Assembly (NCBI GenBank): GCA_963674735.2
Contig: CAXXQS010000001.1
Coordinates: 2,304,001-2,368,000 of the forward strand
Source of the DNA: Myxococcota bacterium
GTDB lineage: Bacteria; Myxococcota_A; SURF-8
DNA: 64,000 nucleotides
Direction of reading: 5' to 3'
Shown here one piece after another: positions 28,596 to 39,362 of the stretch. The number at the start of each line of letters is the position of its first letter. Within the stretch, counting starts at the first letter, position 1. Made by a program: the position numbers and the translations under genes. The notes below the pieces were generated by a model. The model did not search any database, was not told the origin of the DNA, and saw only the letters and a program-made list of their open reading frames with translations.

Positions 28596-28820
28596 GTTAC
28601 TTCATTAAACCCCGAAAGTTTTAAACTTCGAAGCGCAAGTGTACAAAATGCAGTCACAGTGAGCAAGCATTTTCACGTCACTCGCTTTTCCCCTTTTAGT
28701 TGACCACGCCCGACAGTCCAAGTAAGCTTAGATGAGTATTCAACCCGGATGGAGGGAAACGGGACGAAACGCCCCTAAACAGCAAATGGCGATTCGTCCA
28801 GCTTAAAAGGAGTTTCGATC

Positions 28821-31445
28821 ATGTCGCGCATCCTACGTTCGTTTGCGTCTGTTCTCATCATCGCGATGATCCTGTGGGGGTTACCGGCCTGCGGCGGCTC
28901 GGATGACACTCCGGATGGCGATGCGGGTCCGTCCGACGGCGATACCCCTGATGGTGATGATCCTGACGGTGACGACCCCGACGGTGATGATCCCGATGGT
29001 GACCCAGATGACGACACGGACGGCGACACCGACGGCGACACCGACGACGATACGGATGGCGACACCGACGGCGATACCGACGGCGATACCGACGGCGACA
29101 CCGACGGCGATGCCGACGGCGATACGGACGGCGATACGGACGGCGATACGGACGGCGATACGGACGGCGATACGGATGGCGATACCGATGGCGACACGGA
29201 CGGCGATACCGACGGTGACACGGACGGCGATACCGACGGTGACACCGACGGTGACACCGAGGATGATACACCGGTTGTCTGCACGCCCGATTACGTGCTG
29301 GAAAGCGGCGACCTGCCCTACAGCGCCAATCACTCCAATAACGGAAACAGCAATCGGATAGAAGGATCCTGTCTGGCCGAAACCTACCCCGGCGCAGATG
29401 TCATCTACGAAATCGACGTGAACGACGATCAGGCCCTGCAAGTCGTCGTCGACCCTCAGACGGCGCTCGATCTGGCGGTTTACATCGTGGACAGCTGCGG
29501 CCAGGCGGTTTGCCTGGAAGGGGCTGACAGCCAGACGGGCGGCGGTACGGAAACCTTGCGTTTCCGCCCCTTCGTCGACGGGACCTATTACGTGGTGGTC
29601 GACAGCCGCTCGGCCGTCGAAACCAGCCCTTACAGTATCGCGATCAGTTGGACGGATATCGGCAATGCCGCCCCCGGCGCGGTGTGCGTCTTCGATGCCG
29701 ATTGCAGCCCACAACTGGGCGCGGGACGCTGTATCGGCGAAGGCATCGGCGGTTTCCGTTTCTGTACCTCCACCTGCACCACCGGGGCGAATTGCACGGC
29801 TTTCGTCGACGGCTGCTGCCTCGACGAGGCACGTCTGGGAGAAAAAGCCTGCCATGTCTCGGCTTTTTGCGGCGGCGGCACCAGCAGTCCCGGCGGTATC
29901 TGCGCCACCCCGCTCATGCCCAACCAACGGAGCTGCGACGCCACTCAAGGCGCGGATGCCTGCTTGACCAACACCACCTCGCCTTACTGCACCAAGGTAT
30001 GCACGACCGAGGGTGACTGCGGCGATTTCAACAACGGCTGCTGCATCGCTGCACGAGACAGCGAGAGCATCTGCTTAAACGGCTCCGATTGTCCTCACGA
30101 CTGCGAAGAGGATGAAACGATCCTGCGCTATCAGCTTCCCAAAACCTATGCCAACAACCTGCGCGGTTACTCCAACAACGTCAACCCCTTCGGGTGTTTG
30201 CCGGGCGGTCTGCCGGGTGGCGATTACCTGTACAAACTCGGGCTGTTGGAGGGCGAGACCGTCCAGCTGAACCTCACCGGCAACAGCGGCTGGGATGCCG
30301 CTATTCTCGTGATGAGTGACGACGGCTGCGGCTGGACCGACACGGCTCAGGTCTGCTTGGCCACCGCCAACCAGGGCAACATCGGACAAGGCGAGCAACT
30401 CAGCTTCACCGCTCCGCTCGACGGCAACTATTTCATCGTGGTGGACAGCCCTTCCGAAGACCTGGAAGGCTCTTATTCACTTAACGTCCAGATCGCGCCC
30501 GAGGAAGAAACGGACGGCGATATGGACGACGAACTCGAACTGGTGGAGGATGACGCGGAAGACATGGAGAGCGACGACGACGCGGAAACGCTCGTCTGCA
30601 CGATCGACCATGTTTTGACACGCGGCGAACTCCCCGGAACCTTTAGCGATTCAACCCTGGGAGCCGGAAACGACGTCTTCGTGCATACCTGTCTGTCTCA
30701 AACTCCGGGCCAGGACGTGGTGTATAGTCTGCCGCTTCTGGCCGGGGATGAATTCTGGGCGGAACTCAATGCAACCGGCTGGGATCCGGCCCTGCTGCTT
30801 TACAGCGACTTCGCCGAGTCCTGCATCACGGGCGACTGCGTGGAGGCCTCCAACACCATCACCGGGCTGCCGGAAGTGATCGAAACCACCATCGCCGCCA
30901 ACGGCACCTACTACCTGATCGTGGACGCCGAACTGAGTGGGCAAGCCGGGGAGTTCACCCTCGATATCTCGGTCAGCGGGGCCATCGACGGCGACGTGGA
31001 CGGCGACGCGGATCAGTCCACCGCCTGCACGGCCGATTTCGACATCGGAACCCTAAGTGCCCTGCCCTATACCCGCGCCGGCAACACCACCAACGAAGGC
31101 AACGACCTCGACCTCGGCCAGAACCAAACCGAGTGCCCCAGTTGGTCCTACCAGGCCAACGATCAAATCTACGCCATCGAACTGACAACCGGTGACGCGA
31201 TTCAAGTCAGCTTAAGCGGCGTGGGCAGCGGTTACGATCCGGCGCTGGTTATCACCGATACCTGCGACCTGGAGGTGGATTGCGTGGGCGGCGTGGATGA
31301 CGGCGGGATGGGCGATAGCGAAAGCCTTACCTATACCGCCACGCAAAGCGGCACCGTCTTCATCGTCGTCGACTCGGCCGTCTCGGCGGGTTCGTCCAGT
31401 TCACAGGGGGCTTACACGCTGTCGGTGGTGGAAGTGACGCGCTAG
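28821..31445 (+). CDS. DGD-repeat lipoprotein with Cys-rich and PPC-like beta-sandwich repeats
   Basis: Lipobox LPAC; long DGDT tract; four repeats of G.D..Y...D.A......C...E.......GTYY.VVD. Confidence 0.85.
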   Translation: MSRILRSFASVLIIAMILWGLPACGGSDDTPDGDAGPSDGDTPDGDDPDGDDPDGDDPDGDPDDDTDGDTDGDTDDDTDGDTDGDTDGDTDGDTDGDADGDTDGDTDGDTDGDTDGDTDGDTDGDTDGDTDGDTDGDTDGDTDGDTEDDTPVVCTPDYVLESGDLPYSANHSNNGNSNRIEGSCLAETYPGADVIYEIDVNDDQALQVVVDPQTALDLAVYIVDSCGQAVCLEGADSQTGGGTETLRFRPFVDGTYYVVVDSRSAVETSPYSIAISWTDIGNAAPGAVCVFDADCSPQLGAGRCIGEGIGGFRFCTSTCTTGANCTAFVDGCCLDEARLGEKACHVSAFCGGGTSSPGGICATPLMPNQRSCDATQGADACLTNTTSPYCTKVCTTEGDCGDFNNGCCIAARDSESICLNGSDCPHDCEEDETILRYQLPKTYANNLRGYSNNVNPFGCLPGGLPGGDYLYKLGLLEGETVQLNLTGNSGWDAAILVMSDDGCGWTDTAQVCLATANQGNIGQGEQLSFTAPLDGNYFIVVDSPSEDLEGSYSLNVQIAPEEETDGDMDDELELVEDDAEDMESDDDAETLVCTIDHVLTRGELPGTFSDSTLGAGNDVFVHTCLSQTPGQDVVYSLPLLAGDEFWAELNATGWDPALLLYSDFAESCITGDCVEASNTITGLPEVIETTIAANGTYYLIVDAELSGQAGEFTLDISVSGAIDGDVDGDADQSTACTADFDIGTLSALPYTRAGNTTNEGNDLDLGQNQTECPSWSYQANDQIYAIELTTGDAIQVSLSGVGSGYDPALVITDTCDLEVDCVGGVDDGGMGDSESLTYTATQSGTVFIVVDSAVSAGSSSSQGAYTLSVVEVTR
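28912..29262 (+). repeat. Coding 12/15-nt tandem repeat (GACGGCGATACN; DGDT/DGDDP)
   Basis: Directly visible tandem array. Confidence 0.95.
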
Positions 31446-31460
31446 GTTTGAAGGAAAGAT

Positions 31461-31586
31461 GGGCAACAAGTTGCCCCTCCTACGGCTGGCTGCCTGTGAC
31501 AAATTCCGTTCGTCCCGAGTCGCGCAAGGCGCGTATCGAGGGAGCCCTGACCATACCGCAGGAGCGCGTCTCCCGACGGACTCCTG
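31461..31586. repeat. Cluster of three palindromic repeats (GTAG-type REP, family B half, module Z variant)
   Basis: GGGCAACAAGTTGCCCCTCCTAC; CGTTCGTCCCGAGT...GTATCGAGGGAGCC; GCAGGAGCGCGTCTCCCGACGGACTCCTG. Confidence 0.75.
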
Positions 31587-31858
31587 TTACTCAGCAATGA
31601 ACGATATATGCTTATTCTATGGGTCTGACTATTCTGGGGTGGGTGGGTCTGGCGGAGATTCTTCCCAGCCATCGGGAACCCATTTTCCTTCAGCATCTTT
31701 TTGATATTTCCTGAATCCGGGTTCATGCACCAATGATTTTTACAGGTGTACGCTTTATTAACATCTTTCCACAATTGGCAATGGGGAAATAGTTTGGAAT
31801 TTTTATAGTCTTGATGGATAATAATAGGAATAAACAGCACTTGGTTGGGGCAGTATCG

Positions 31859-32671
31859 ATGAAATCATTCATACGCTTATTAGTTCACGAGCGCGTAGTC
31901 TTCACTTTAATCCTTTTAAATTCTATTACCCTGTTTCTTAATGCTTTTGATTCCATCCAGGGTCGATTTTACAATGAATTATTCACAATCGATTACATCA
32001 TTACCATTTACTTTGTTTTGGAAATCTCACTCAAACTGTTCTTTGAGAAATGGCAAGTCTTTTGGTCCAAGGGCTGGAATATTTTTGACTTCATCATCGT
32101 GACCCTTTCCAGTCCCATCCTGTTTGCCCCACTCATTGGGAGCGACGAGTTTTCCTTCCTAATCATCTTTAGACTTCTCCGCATTCTCCGTTATTTTCGA
32201 TTGTTGCGTTTTATTCCAGACCGCCAGCACATTGCCATTGGCATCATCCGATCACTCAAAGCTTCAATTGGCGTATTCCTGATCGTCCTTCTGTATAATT
32301 TCATCCTGTCTCTTAGCGCAGTTTACCTCTTTCGCGATGTGGCCCCTGGTTATTTTGATAATCCATTCATGGCCATATATGCCGTATTCCGTGTATTCAC
32401 GGTTGAAGGCTGGTATGAAATCCCCGAGCTAATCGCCGCTAACAGCTCTGACGGATTTGCAGCATTTGCTAGGCTTTATTTTGTATTCACTGTTTTCAGT
32501 GGTGGAATTCTGGGATTCTCGTTGGCAAATGCTGTTTTTGTAGATCAGATGACAAGCGACAACGTTGACAAGTCCGAAAAGAAAATTGATGATTTACAAA
32601 ATTGCGTCGAAGATCTAAAACACCATCTCCTAAGGATCGAAAACCTCATTCAAAGACATTCAGATAAGTGA
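31859..32671 (+). CDS. 6TM voltage-gated cation channel (BacNav/CavMr-like ion transporter)
   Basis: WNIFDFIIV; S4 FRLLRILRYFRLLR; pore FRVFTVEGWYEIP; C-terminal coiled coil; AT-rich. Confidence 0.9.
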   Translation: MKSFIRLLVHERVVFTLILLNSITLFLNAFDSIQGRFYNELFTIDYIITIYFVLEISLKLFFEKWQVFWSKGWNIFDFIIVTLSSPILFAPLIGSDEFSFLIIFRLLRILRYFRLLRFIPDRQHIAIGIIRSLKASIGVFLIVLLYNFILSLSAVYLFRDVAPGYFDNPFMAIYAVFRVFTVEGWYEIPELIAANSSDGFAAFARLYFVFTVFSGGILGFSLANAVFVDQMTSDNVDKSEKKIDDLQNCVEDLKHHLLRIENLIQRHSDK

Positions 32672-32706
32672 AATAGCAAATATTCCCATAAACAGAGGAG
32701 GACAAA

Positions 32707-33585
32707 ATGAATAAAAAAGTCAAAGATAGGATTAAGAAAGGCTTATCGAAATTCAAACCTATTTTACAGTCTGCAGTTGATCGTGATATTAGCGAAGCTG
32801 ACACAGTACACATCATCCATGATATGTTGAATGAGATTATGGGCTGGGATAAGTACGCAGAAATCACTACGGAATATAAAATCCGCAACACATATTGCGA
32901 TTTGGCAATTAAATTCGATGGAAAGCTTAAGTACCTTATCGAGGCAAAAGCCATAGGCTCTGACTTGAAGGAAAATCACTTACGTCAAGCTGTATCTTAT
33001 GCTGCAACTGAGGGTACGGATTGGGTGGTTTTGACCAACGGGCGAGTTTGGCAGGTACATCAGGTAATCCTCGATAAAAAGGTTCTAAACAAGCAAATTC
33101 TGTCATTTGACCTGCTGAACCTGACCATTCAGGCGCAAGATTTGTACGACATGCTGTTTACGCTTTGCAAAGAAGCGGTGAAAAAGGAAGCGATCGAAAG
33201 CTATGCCGCCCGGCAATCTGTGCTAAACAGGCATATTCTGGCTGCCCTAATGTTGAGTAAGCCTATGGTTGATTCGCTACGAAGAGAAATCAGGAGGCTT
33301 AATAAAGATGTGAAGGCGTCCCCTGAGGAAATTATCGAAATCTTGAAAGCAGATGTAATCAAGAGAGAATTACTAGAAGGTGAGCGTGCGGTAAAAGCGA
33401 AGTCCAAAATCAAACGGGCCGTAAACAAGCGTTTGAGAGAAGTTAAAACTAAAAAGGAAGCATCAGAGAACACAGCCGACACTTCAACCGACAAGTTGGA
33501 TGACACAGCTGAAACAGCATCTCTTCCGAGAGGACTGTCAACATCGCCACAACCAATTGAAAAAGAGAAGCCTTGGGAAGTTTGA
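32707..33585 (+). CDS. Type I restriction HsdR N-terminal-domain (PD-(D/E)xK) protein
   Basis: SEADT, EY..., CDLAIK...LIEAK, QAVSYA, WVVLTNGRVW; no helicase domain. Confidence 0.85.
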   Translation: MNKKVKDRIKKGLSKFKPILQSAVDRDISEADTVHIIHDMLNEIMGWDKYAEITTEYKIRNTYCDLAIKFDGKLKYLIEAKAIGSDLKENHLRQAVSYAATEGTDWVVLTNGRVWQVHQVILDKKVLNKQILSFDLLNLTIQAQDLYDMLFTLCKEAVKKEAIESYAARQSVLNRHILAALMLSKPMVDSLRREIRRLNKDVKASPEEIIEILKADVIKRELLEGERAVKAKSKIKRAVNKRLREVKTKKEASENTADTSTDKLDDTAETASLPRGLSTSPQPIEKEKPWEV

Positions 33586-33626
33586 CAAGGAATTGGAGGA
33601 ACTGCCTCCATAGCAATTTACTTCAC

Positions 33627-33808
33627 GTTGGAGCATGCCTCTGTCATGCTCCATTCGTTTGTCTTATGGCGATGTAACAAGTCGGAATTTTGTCGAAACC
33701 CCGAACTCAAGACAATCATCAAGAGCAGGACGGGAGCCCTGCTCTAGCAAAAACGACGCTGGAGCCCGTCGGAGACGCGCTCCAACATGTGAACGCGCTC
33801 CAACATGG
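33627..33808. repeat. Composite REP-like repeat cluster (second copy, reverse orientation)
   Basis: Reverse complements of modules Y (33627-33665), X (33707-33748) and Z (33759-33808) of 6729-6904. Confidence 0.85.
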
Positions 33809-33872
33809 GGATGACAAGATAGAACGGAATCGACACGCAGGCCAGATCAATCACTTCATCCTGAATTCTCAG

Positions 33873-35753
33873 TCACTCGGCCTTCATTCGTCGCCGTCCT
33901 CGGCGGGTAAGTTCGATCAGCACCAGCGACACGGCGGCGGGGGTGACGCCCGAAATACGCCCCGCCTGTCCGATGGTGCGCGGGGTAAAGGTTTCGAGCT
34001 TCTCGCGCACCTCGCGGCTTAAGCCGCCGACGCCCGCGTAGTCGAAATCCTCGGGAATCACGAGGTCTTCCATCTTGCGCTGCCGTGCGGCCATCTCCTC
34101 CTGGCGGCGGATGTAGCCCTCGTATTTCAACGCCACCTCGATCTGCGCGCGCACACTGGGAACAAGTTCGCCAAATCCGGGATCGAGTTCGGGCAGGTCT
34201 TCCGGCAGCAACTCGGGACGCTTGACCAGCCGCTCCAGGGTGCTCGGCTCGCTCAGTTCGCTCGATCCGCGCCGAACCAACAGGGCATTCAGCGCCTCCG
34301 ACGGCATCACCACCGTGTGGCGCGCGCGCCGGATTTCGTCCGCGATGGACGCCATTTCCGCTCGTAGCCCCTCCACCTCTTCATCCGATACCAAACCGAC
34401 CTCGTGCCCGATTTCCGTCAACCGGTAATGCGCGTTGTCTTCGCGCAGCAGCAGACGATGTTCGGCCCGACTGGTAAACATACGGTAAGGCTCCTCGGTG
34501 CCGAGCGTCACCAGGTCGTCGATCAACACACCGATATAAGCCTGGTCACGACGCAAGACCACCGGCGGCTTGTCTTGGAAAGTCCGCGCAAGGTTGATCC
34601 CGGCCATCAGGCCCTGGGCAGCGGCTTCCTCATAACCGGAGGTGCCGTTGACCTGACCGGCGAAGTACAGCCCCGCCACCCCTTTGCTTTCCAGGGTGGG
34701 CTTGAGTTGAGTGGGTGGAATGAAGTCGTATTCGACCGCGTAACCCGGCTGCAGAATGACGGCGTCCTCCAGCCCCGGGATGGTCTTCAACATACCGCGC
34801 TGAATATCGAGCGGCAGGCTGGTGGAGAGTCCGTTGGGATAGATGCGTTGGCGGTCCAGTCCTTCGGGTTCGAGAAACAACTGATGGCGGATCTTTTCGG
34901 GAAACCGCACCACCTTGTCTTCCACCGACGGACAGTAGCGCGGCCCCACCCCTTCGATCACGCCGGTGAACAGCGGAGAGCGGTCGAGCCCCGAACGGAT
35001 GACATCATGGGTTTTTTCGTTGGTGGCGGTAATAAAGCAGGAGACCTGGGGCAGCTTGAAGCCGTCGGAACGTCGCGAAAAGGGAATCTGCAGCTTGTCC
35101 GAACGCTGTTCCTCGGTTTTGGACCAGTCGATAGTGTCCTTGTCCAGCCGCGCCGTGGTGCCGGTTTTCAACCGCGCAAGCCGAAAGCCCAAACGCCGCA
35201 GTCCATCCGACAAGCCCAAAGCGGGCGGATCGTCCACCCGACCGCCGGGAATGCGCTCCAACCCGATGTACATGCAACCGTCGAGGAAGGTGCCCGCCGT
35301 GATAATCACGCCACGGGCGGCCAGACGGCGTCCATCGGCCAGAAGCGCCGCCCGGATACGCCCGCCACTCACTTCCAGATCGACCACCATACCGTCGATC
35401 ACGCTCAGGTTGGCTTGCGTCGTCACCGCCGCCGTCATACGTAGCACGTAGCGGTCCATGTCCGACTGCACGCGGCTGGCGCGCACGGCGGGGCCTTTGC
35501 GGGTATTGAGACGGCGGAACTGGATGGCGGTGTCGTCGGCCGCCCAGGCCATTTCTCCGCCCAGGGCATCGATTTCACACACAAGTTGGCCCTTGGCCAA
35601 CCCGCCGATGGCCGGGTTGCACGACATCTCGCAGATGCGCGCCGGGTCGCTGGTCACCAGCGCCGTGGCATAGCCCAAACGCGCCAACGCCAAAGCCGCT
35701 TCGGCCCCGGCATGACCCGCCCCCACCACGACTGCATCGAACCCTTCACTCAT
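33873..35753 (-). CDS. mnmG: tRNA uridine-5-carboxymethylaminomethyl synthesis enzyme MnmG (GidA)
   Basis: [62 protein letters not shown]. Confidence 0.98.
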   Translation of the reverse strand: MSEGFDAVVVGAGHAGAEAALALARLGYATALVTSDPARICEMSCNPAIGGLAKGQLVCEIDALGGEMAWAADDTAIQFRRLNTRKGPAVRASRVQSDMDRYVLRMTAAVTTQANLSVIDGMVVDLEVSGGRIRAALLADGRRLAARGVIITAGTFLDGCMYIGLERIPGGRVDDPPALGLSDGLRRLGFRLARLKTGTTARLDKDTIDWSKTEEQRSDKLQIPFSRRSDGFKLPQVSCFITATNEKTHDVIRSGLDRSPLFTGVIEGVGPRYCPSVEDKVVRFPEKIRHQLFLEPEGLDRQRIYPNGLSTSLPLDIQRGMLKTIPGLEDAVILQPGYAVEYDFIPPTQLKPTLESKGVAGLYFAGQVNGTSGYEEAAAQGLMAGINLARTFQDKPPVVLRRDQAYIGVLIDDLVTLGTEEPYRMFTSRAEHRLLLREDNAHYRLTEIGHEVGLVSDEEVEGLRAEMASIADEIRRARHTVVMPSEALNALLVRRGSSELSEPSTLERLVKRPELLPEDLPELDPGFGELVPSVRAQIEVALKYEGYIRRQEEMAARQRKMEDLVIPEDFDYAGVGGLSREVREKLETFTPRTIGQAGRISGVTPAAVSLVLIELTRRGRRRMKAE

Positions 35754-35913
35754 GCTTTTCTTCCTGCTATCGAACCGGCCAAGAACCTAGCACCGCCCGT
35801 GCCGCTTGGCAAGGTGGAAGCGCAAAGAAAAACCAAAAATTGCCAAGAGCGACAAGACAAGCTAAACTCGTTTTTTTTCGTTTCTCACGCAACTGACCGG
35901 GCGGGAGGTAGTT

Positions 35914-38253
35914 TTGCTCGATCGATTCGCACACCTGATTATCCGTTTCCGCTGGTGGGTGATGTTCGTCTATGTCGCGGTTTCGGTCTTCCTGCTTTAC
36001 CACGCCTCCGGCATCGGCTTTTCCTACACCTTCAAGCAATTTTTCCCGGAAAACAACGCCATCGTCGATATTTACGAACAGATGGCGAGCGATTTCGGCG
36101 AAGACGATACCGCCCTGTTGATCGCCTTCGAAGGGGAACGCGTCTTTACCCCGGAAGTACTTAAAGCTTACGCCGACTACCACGAAAAGCTGGCTCATCT
36201 GGACGGAATCGTGGAGGTGGATTCCATCATCAACGCCCTGCGGCCCACCCTGGAAGACGATACCCTTTCGATCACCGAATTGTTCGACCCGGTGCCGGAC
36301 GATCCGAGTATCATCGCCGAACGCAAACGCTATCTGGTCGACAGCGAGTTGTATCGCGGTTCGACCATCTCCAACGACGGAAACGCCATCCTGCTGGTGG
36401 CTCGCATCGATCCGGCCCGCAACAACGGGCAGGACCGCAAACCCGTCCTCGACGCCGTCGAGGCGCTCAACCGTGAACTGGCCGCCGGCACCGGCCAATT
36501 CGTCAAGCTGGGGGGCGTTCCCTTCTCGCGCACCGGTTACACCGAGCTCATGACCATGGAAACCGCCAAAATGACCGGCGGCGCGGGCTTGGTGATTCTC
36601 ATCATCCTGATCCTCACTTTCCGGCATTGGGCCGGGGTTTTGTTTTCGCTGGTGATCGTCATCCTGGCCACCCTGGCCCCCATCGGGACCATGGCCTTGC
36701 TCGACATCAAAATCAGCCTGATGAGCACCGTCCTACCGGTTATCGTCATGATCACCGGCGTGGCCAATTCCATTCATTTCCACACCCGTTACTACGAAGA
36801 ACTTAAACGTGGACGCGACCGCACCACGGCGATCGTCGAAACCACCCGCCATCTGGCGGTGGCGCTGTTCATCACCTCCGTCACCACCAGCATCGGTTTC
36901 AGTATCCTGGCTACCACCGACATCAAAATTCTCGGTGATTTCGGATTGTTCACGGGCTTGGGAGTGGTCGCCTCCTATCTCATCACCATCACGTTTTTGC
37001 CCGCCGTACTGGCGATTATTCCGCCGCCGCCACGACACTTGCTGGAACGCTTTTTCTCCGGCGGCTCCAAGCGGTTTCTCGAATTCGTCGAACACGCCAC
37101 CACCCGCCATCGGGTCGTCAGTGTGGGAATCTGCCTGATTATCGGGCTGACGTCCGCCTATTATGCGACGACCATGGAGCGTAAACAGAAGATCCAGGAC
37201 GACCTGGACGACGACCACCCCATCATCGAAACCCTGCACTATTTCGAGAACAAGCTGGGCGGCGTGCTCCCGATGGACGTCCTGATCGATACGGGCACCC
37301 AAAACGGCGTGAAAGAGCCGGAGGCGATGCATTTCGCCGAAGCCGTAAAGAATCGGCTTGAAGGCTTCGAGGAAATTAAAAAAGTCTATTCCCCTTCCAC
37401 CTTCATCCAAGAAATCGCCATCACCCTCAACCCGGACGATCCGGCCGCCGCGCAGGTACCCGACAGCCGGGCGGCCATCGCGCAGTATCTGCTTTTGTAT
37501 GACATGAATGTGGACAATCCCCTGGACGACCTGATCACCCCCCGTTCCGATCGCATGCGTGTCTCCTCTCGCATCGATGACGTCTACTCGCCGCGCGCCC
37601 GCGAGGTTTTCACCGAAATCGAAACCTGGCTGAATGACCACACCCCGGCAGGCATCAAGAGCCATCTGACGGGCCTGAGTCCGGTGGCGCACGTCATCAA
37701 CACTTACGTGGTCAACGAAATCTTTTTCACCTTTCTCTGGGCCCTGGGCATCATCACACTGCTTTTAATCGTTCAGTTCCGTTCCTGGCGCTTGGGGCTT
37801 CTCTCGCTCATCCCCAACTTCTTCCCGCTGGCCACGATCCTGGGCATGATCGGCGCCTTGGATATCAATCTGAAGCCCAGTTCCGCCATTACTTTTTCAA
37901 TCGCGCTGGGTATCGCCGTGGACGATACCGTCCACTACATCACGCGCTTTATTCAGGAGTATCAGCAGCACCACGATCCCGAACGCGCGGCCCGCCGTGC
38001 CATTTACGGCACCGGAAAAGCCATGGTTTTCACCACCATCGTGCTGGTCAGCGGCTTCCTGGTGCCTGTTCTAATGAGCCAGGTGCGTGCCAATCACGAA
38101 TTCGGGATTTTGTCTGTTGGCGCGATCAGCATGGCGCTTCTGGCCGATTTATTCGTGCTACCCGTCATATTGCCGTTGCTTTTCCGCTCCTCGGCCTCCG
38201 CAAAATCTCCCATCCTCCCCTTGGCTGACAAAGAAAATACTGAACAAATTTAA
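35914..38253 (+). CDS. MMPL/RND-family transporter
   Basis: Two-repeat multi-TM layout; TSVTTSIGF, LIPNFFP, IALGIAVDDTVH. Confidence 0.88.
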   Translation: MLDRFAHLIIRFRWWVMFVYVAVSVFLLYHASGIGFSYTFKQFFPENNAIVDIYEQMASDFGEDDTALLIAFEGERVFTPEVLKAYADYHEKLAHLDGIVEVDSIINALRPTLEDDTLSITELFDPVPDDPSIIAERKRYLVDSELYRGSTISNDGNAILLVARIDPARNNGQDRKPVLDAVEALNRELAAGTGQFVKLGGVPFSRTGYTELMTMETAKMTGGAGLVILIILILTFRHWAGVLFSLVIVILATLAPIGTMALLDIKISLMSTVLPVIVMITGVANSIHFHTRYYEELKRGRDRTTAIVETTRHLAVALFITSVTTSIGFSILATTDIKILGDFGLFTGLGVVASYLITITFLPAVLAIIPPPPRHLLERFFSGGSKRFLEFVEHATTRHRVVSVGICLIIGLTSAYYATTMERKQKIQDDLDDDHPIIETLHYFENKLGGVLPMDVLIDTGTQNGVKEPEAMHFAEAVKNRLEGFEEIKKVYSPSTFIQEIAITLNPDDPAAAQVPDSRAAIAQYLLLYDMNVDNPLDDLITPRSDRMRVSSRIDDVYSPRAREVFTEIETWLNDHTPAGIKSHLTGLSPVAHVINTYVVNEIFFTFLWALGIITLLLIVQFRSWRLGLLSLIPNFFPLATILGMIGALDINLKPSSAITFSIALGIAVDDTVHYITRFIQEYQQHHDPERAARRAIYGTGKAMVFTTIVLVSGFLVPVLMSQVRANHEFGILSVGAISMALLADLFVLPVILPLLFRSSASAKSPILPLADKENTEQI

Positions 38254-38425
38254 ACGGATAGAAATCTTTCAAGGAGATTGAGGCATCACGCATCACGCAT
38301 TGCGCCATGCCTCTCGTTTTTTCGCTTGCCACGACTAACGCGTTGTGTCATATTTTGAATGGCTCAACGGGCGTCGCCCGGTTCATGTGATTTGTACAAC
38401 ACAACCGCCCCTTTCAGGAGGCCAC

Positions 38426-39277
38426 ATGCTGCAGTTGGATCATGATCTGGCCCTTCTTAATGAAGTCAATATTTCCAATGTCTGGTTGTTAAGCGATAGC
38501 GACGGACACCGCTTCCTCATCGACAGCGGCGACCATCGCGAACGTCCTTTTTTGCGGCTGGCGCTCAAACGGGCCGGATTGACGTCCCCCGGAGATTTGA
38601 CGGCGATTCTCCTGACACATTGTCATCGCGATCACGCTGGTAACGCCGCCTGGCTGCGGCGCAAATTCCAATGCCCGGTCATCTGCCACCGCGCGGATAG
38701 CGCTTTTCTAAGCGGCCGAACCGCTCAACCTCGGTTATCCGCACGTCCTCTGGCGCTGCATTACAAGATCGCCTGCGCCTTGCAGGACTGGCATCCCGCC
38801 CTGTGCCCGGTGGACGATACGTTCAGCGACGGCCTGTGGCGTTGGGGATTTCAGGTTTTCCATACTCCGGGACACACCGATGGCTCGGTGATGTTATTCC
38901 ACGAACCCAGCGCAACCTTGTTTTCGGGAGATGCGGTGCTCAACGGCCCAGCCCCCTTCCGTCTATGGGAAGCCTTGCGGCTGGCCATGACCGAGTTCTC
39001 CCCGGAAGTGGAACGCTGTCATCGCTCGACAGCCGCTTGGATTCCTTTGCTACCGGAGATTTCGCGTTTGTGCGCCGGACATGGTCCCATCGTTCGCGAG
39101 GATGTGAACGCCAAACTGCGTGCCATGCTTTACGTCGAAAGCCCGAAAGATCCCACGATTGCATCGCGTTTGGTGGAAGCCGCACAGCATGCACTATGGC
39201 GTTTGCGCTACCGATTCCCCCGCCCGAAGCGTCTGCGAGCCTTCATGCAGAAAGCCACGGAACTGGGTCCCACTTGA
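38426..39277 (+). CDS. MBL-fold metallo-hydrolase
   Basis: LIDSG, THCHRDHAG, TPGHTDGS, FSGD, AGHG; GGAGG RBS. Confidence 0.9.
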   Translation: MLQLDHDLALLNEVNISNVWLLSDSDGHRFLIDSGDHRERPFLRLALKRAGLTSPGDLTAILLTHCHRDHAGNAAWLRRKFQCPVICHRADSAFLSGRTAQPRLSARPLALHYKIACALQDWHPALCPVDDTFSDGLWRWGFQVFHTPGHTDGSVMLFHEPSATLFSGDAVLNGPAPFRLWEALRLAMTEFSPEVERCHRSTAAWIPLLPEISRLCAGHGPIVREDVNAKLRAMLYVESPKDPTIASRLVEAAQHALWRLRYRFPRPKRLRAFMQKATELGPT

Positions 39278-39362
39278 TCCACTTCTCGGCAACACAAAAG
39301 TTACAAAGATCCGAGAGATCCACAAAGCGTTTGAGGCGAAACCCGTCTGGGGGAAAGAAGCA

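Noticed and set aside
28735-28815. Possible c-di-GMP riboswitch in the lipoprotein leader
   Set aside because: Only loose GGAAAC/GAAA similarity; the P1/P2 architecture cannot be built.
28775-29361. Antisense and alternate-frame ORFs (SPSV, RRPY, TAIR repeats)
   Set aside because: By-products of the DGDT coding repeat.
31442-31840. 132-aa minus-strand ORF at the islet edge
   Set aside because: Runs through the repeat cluster; no RBS or recognisable motif.
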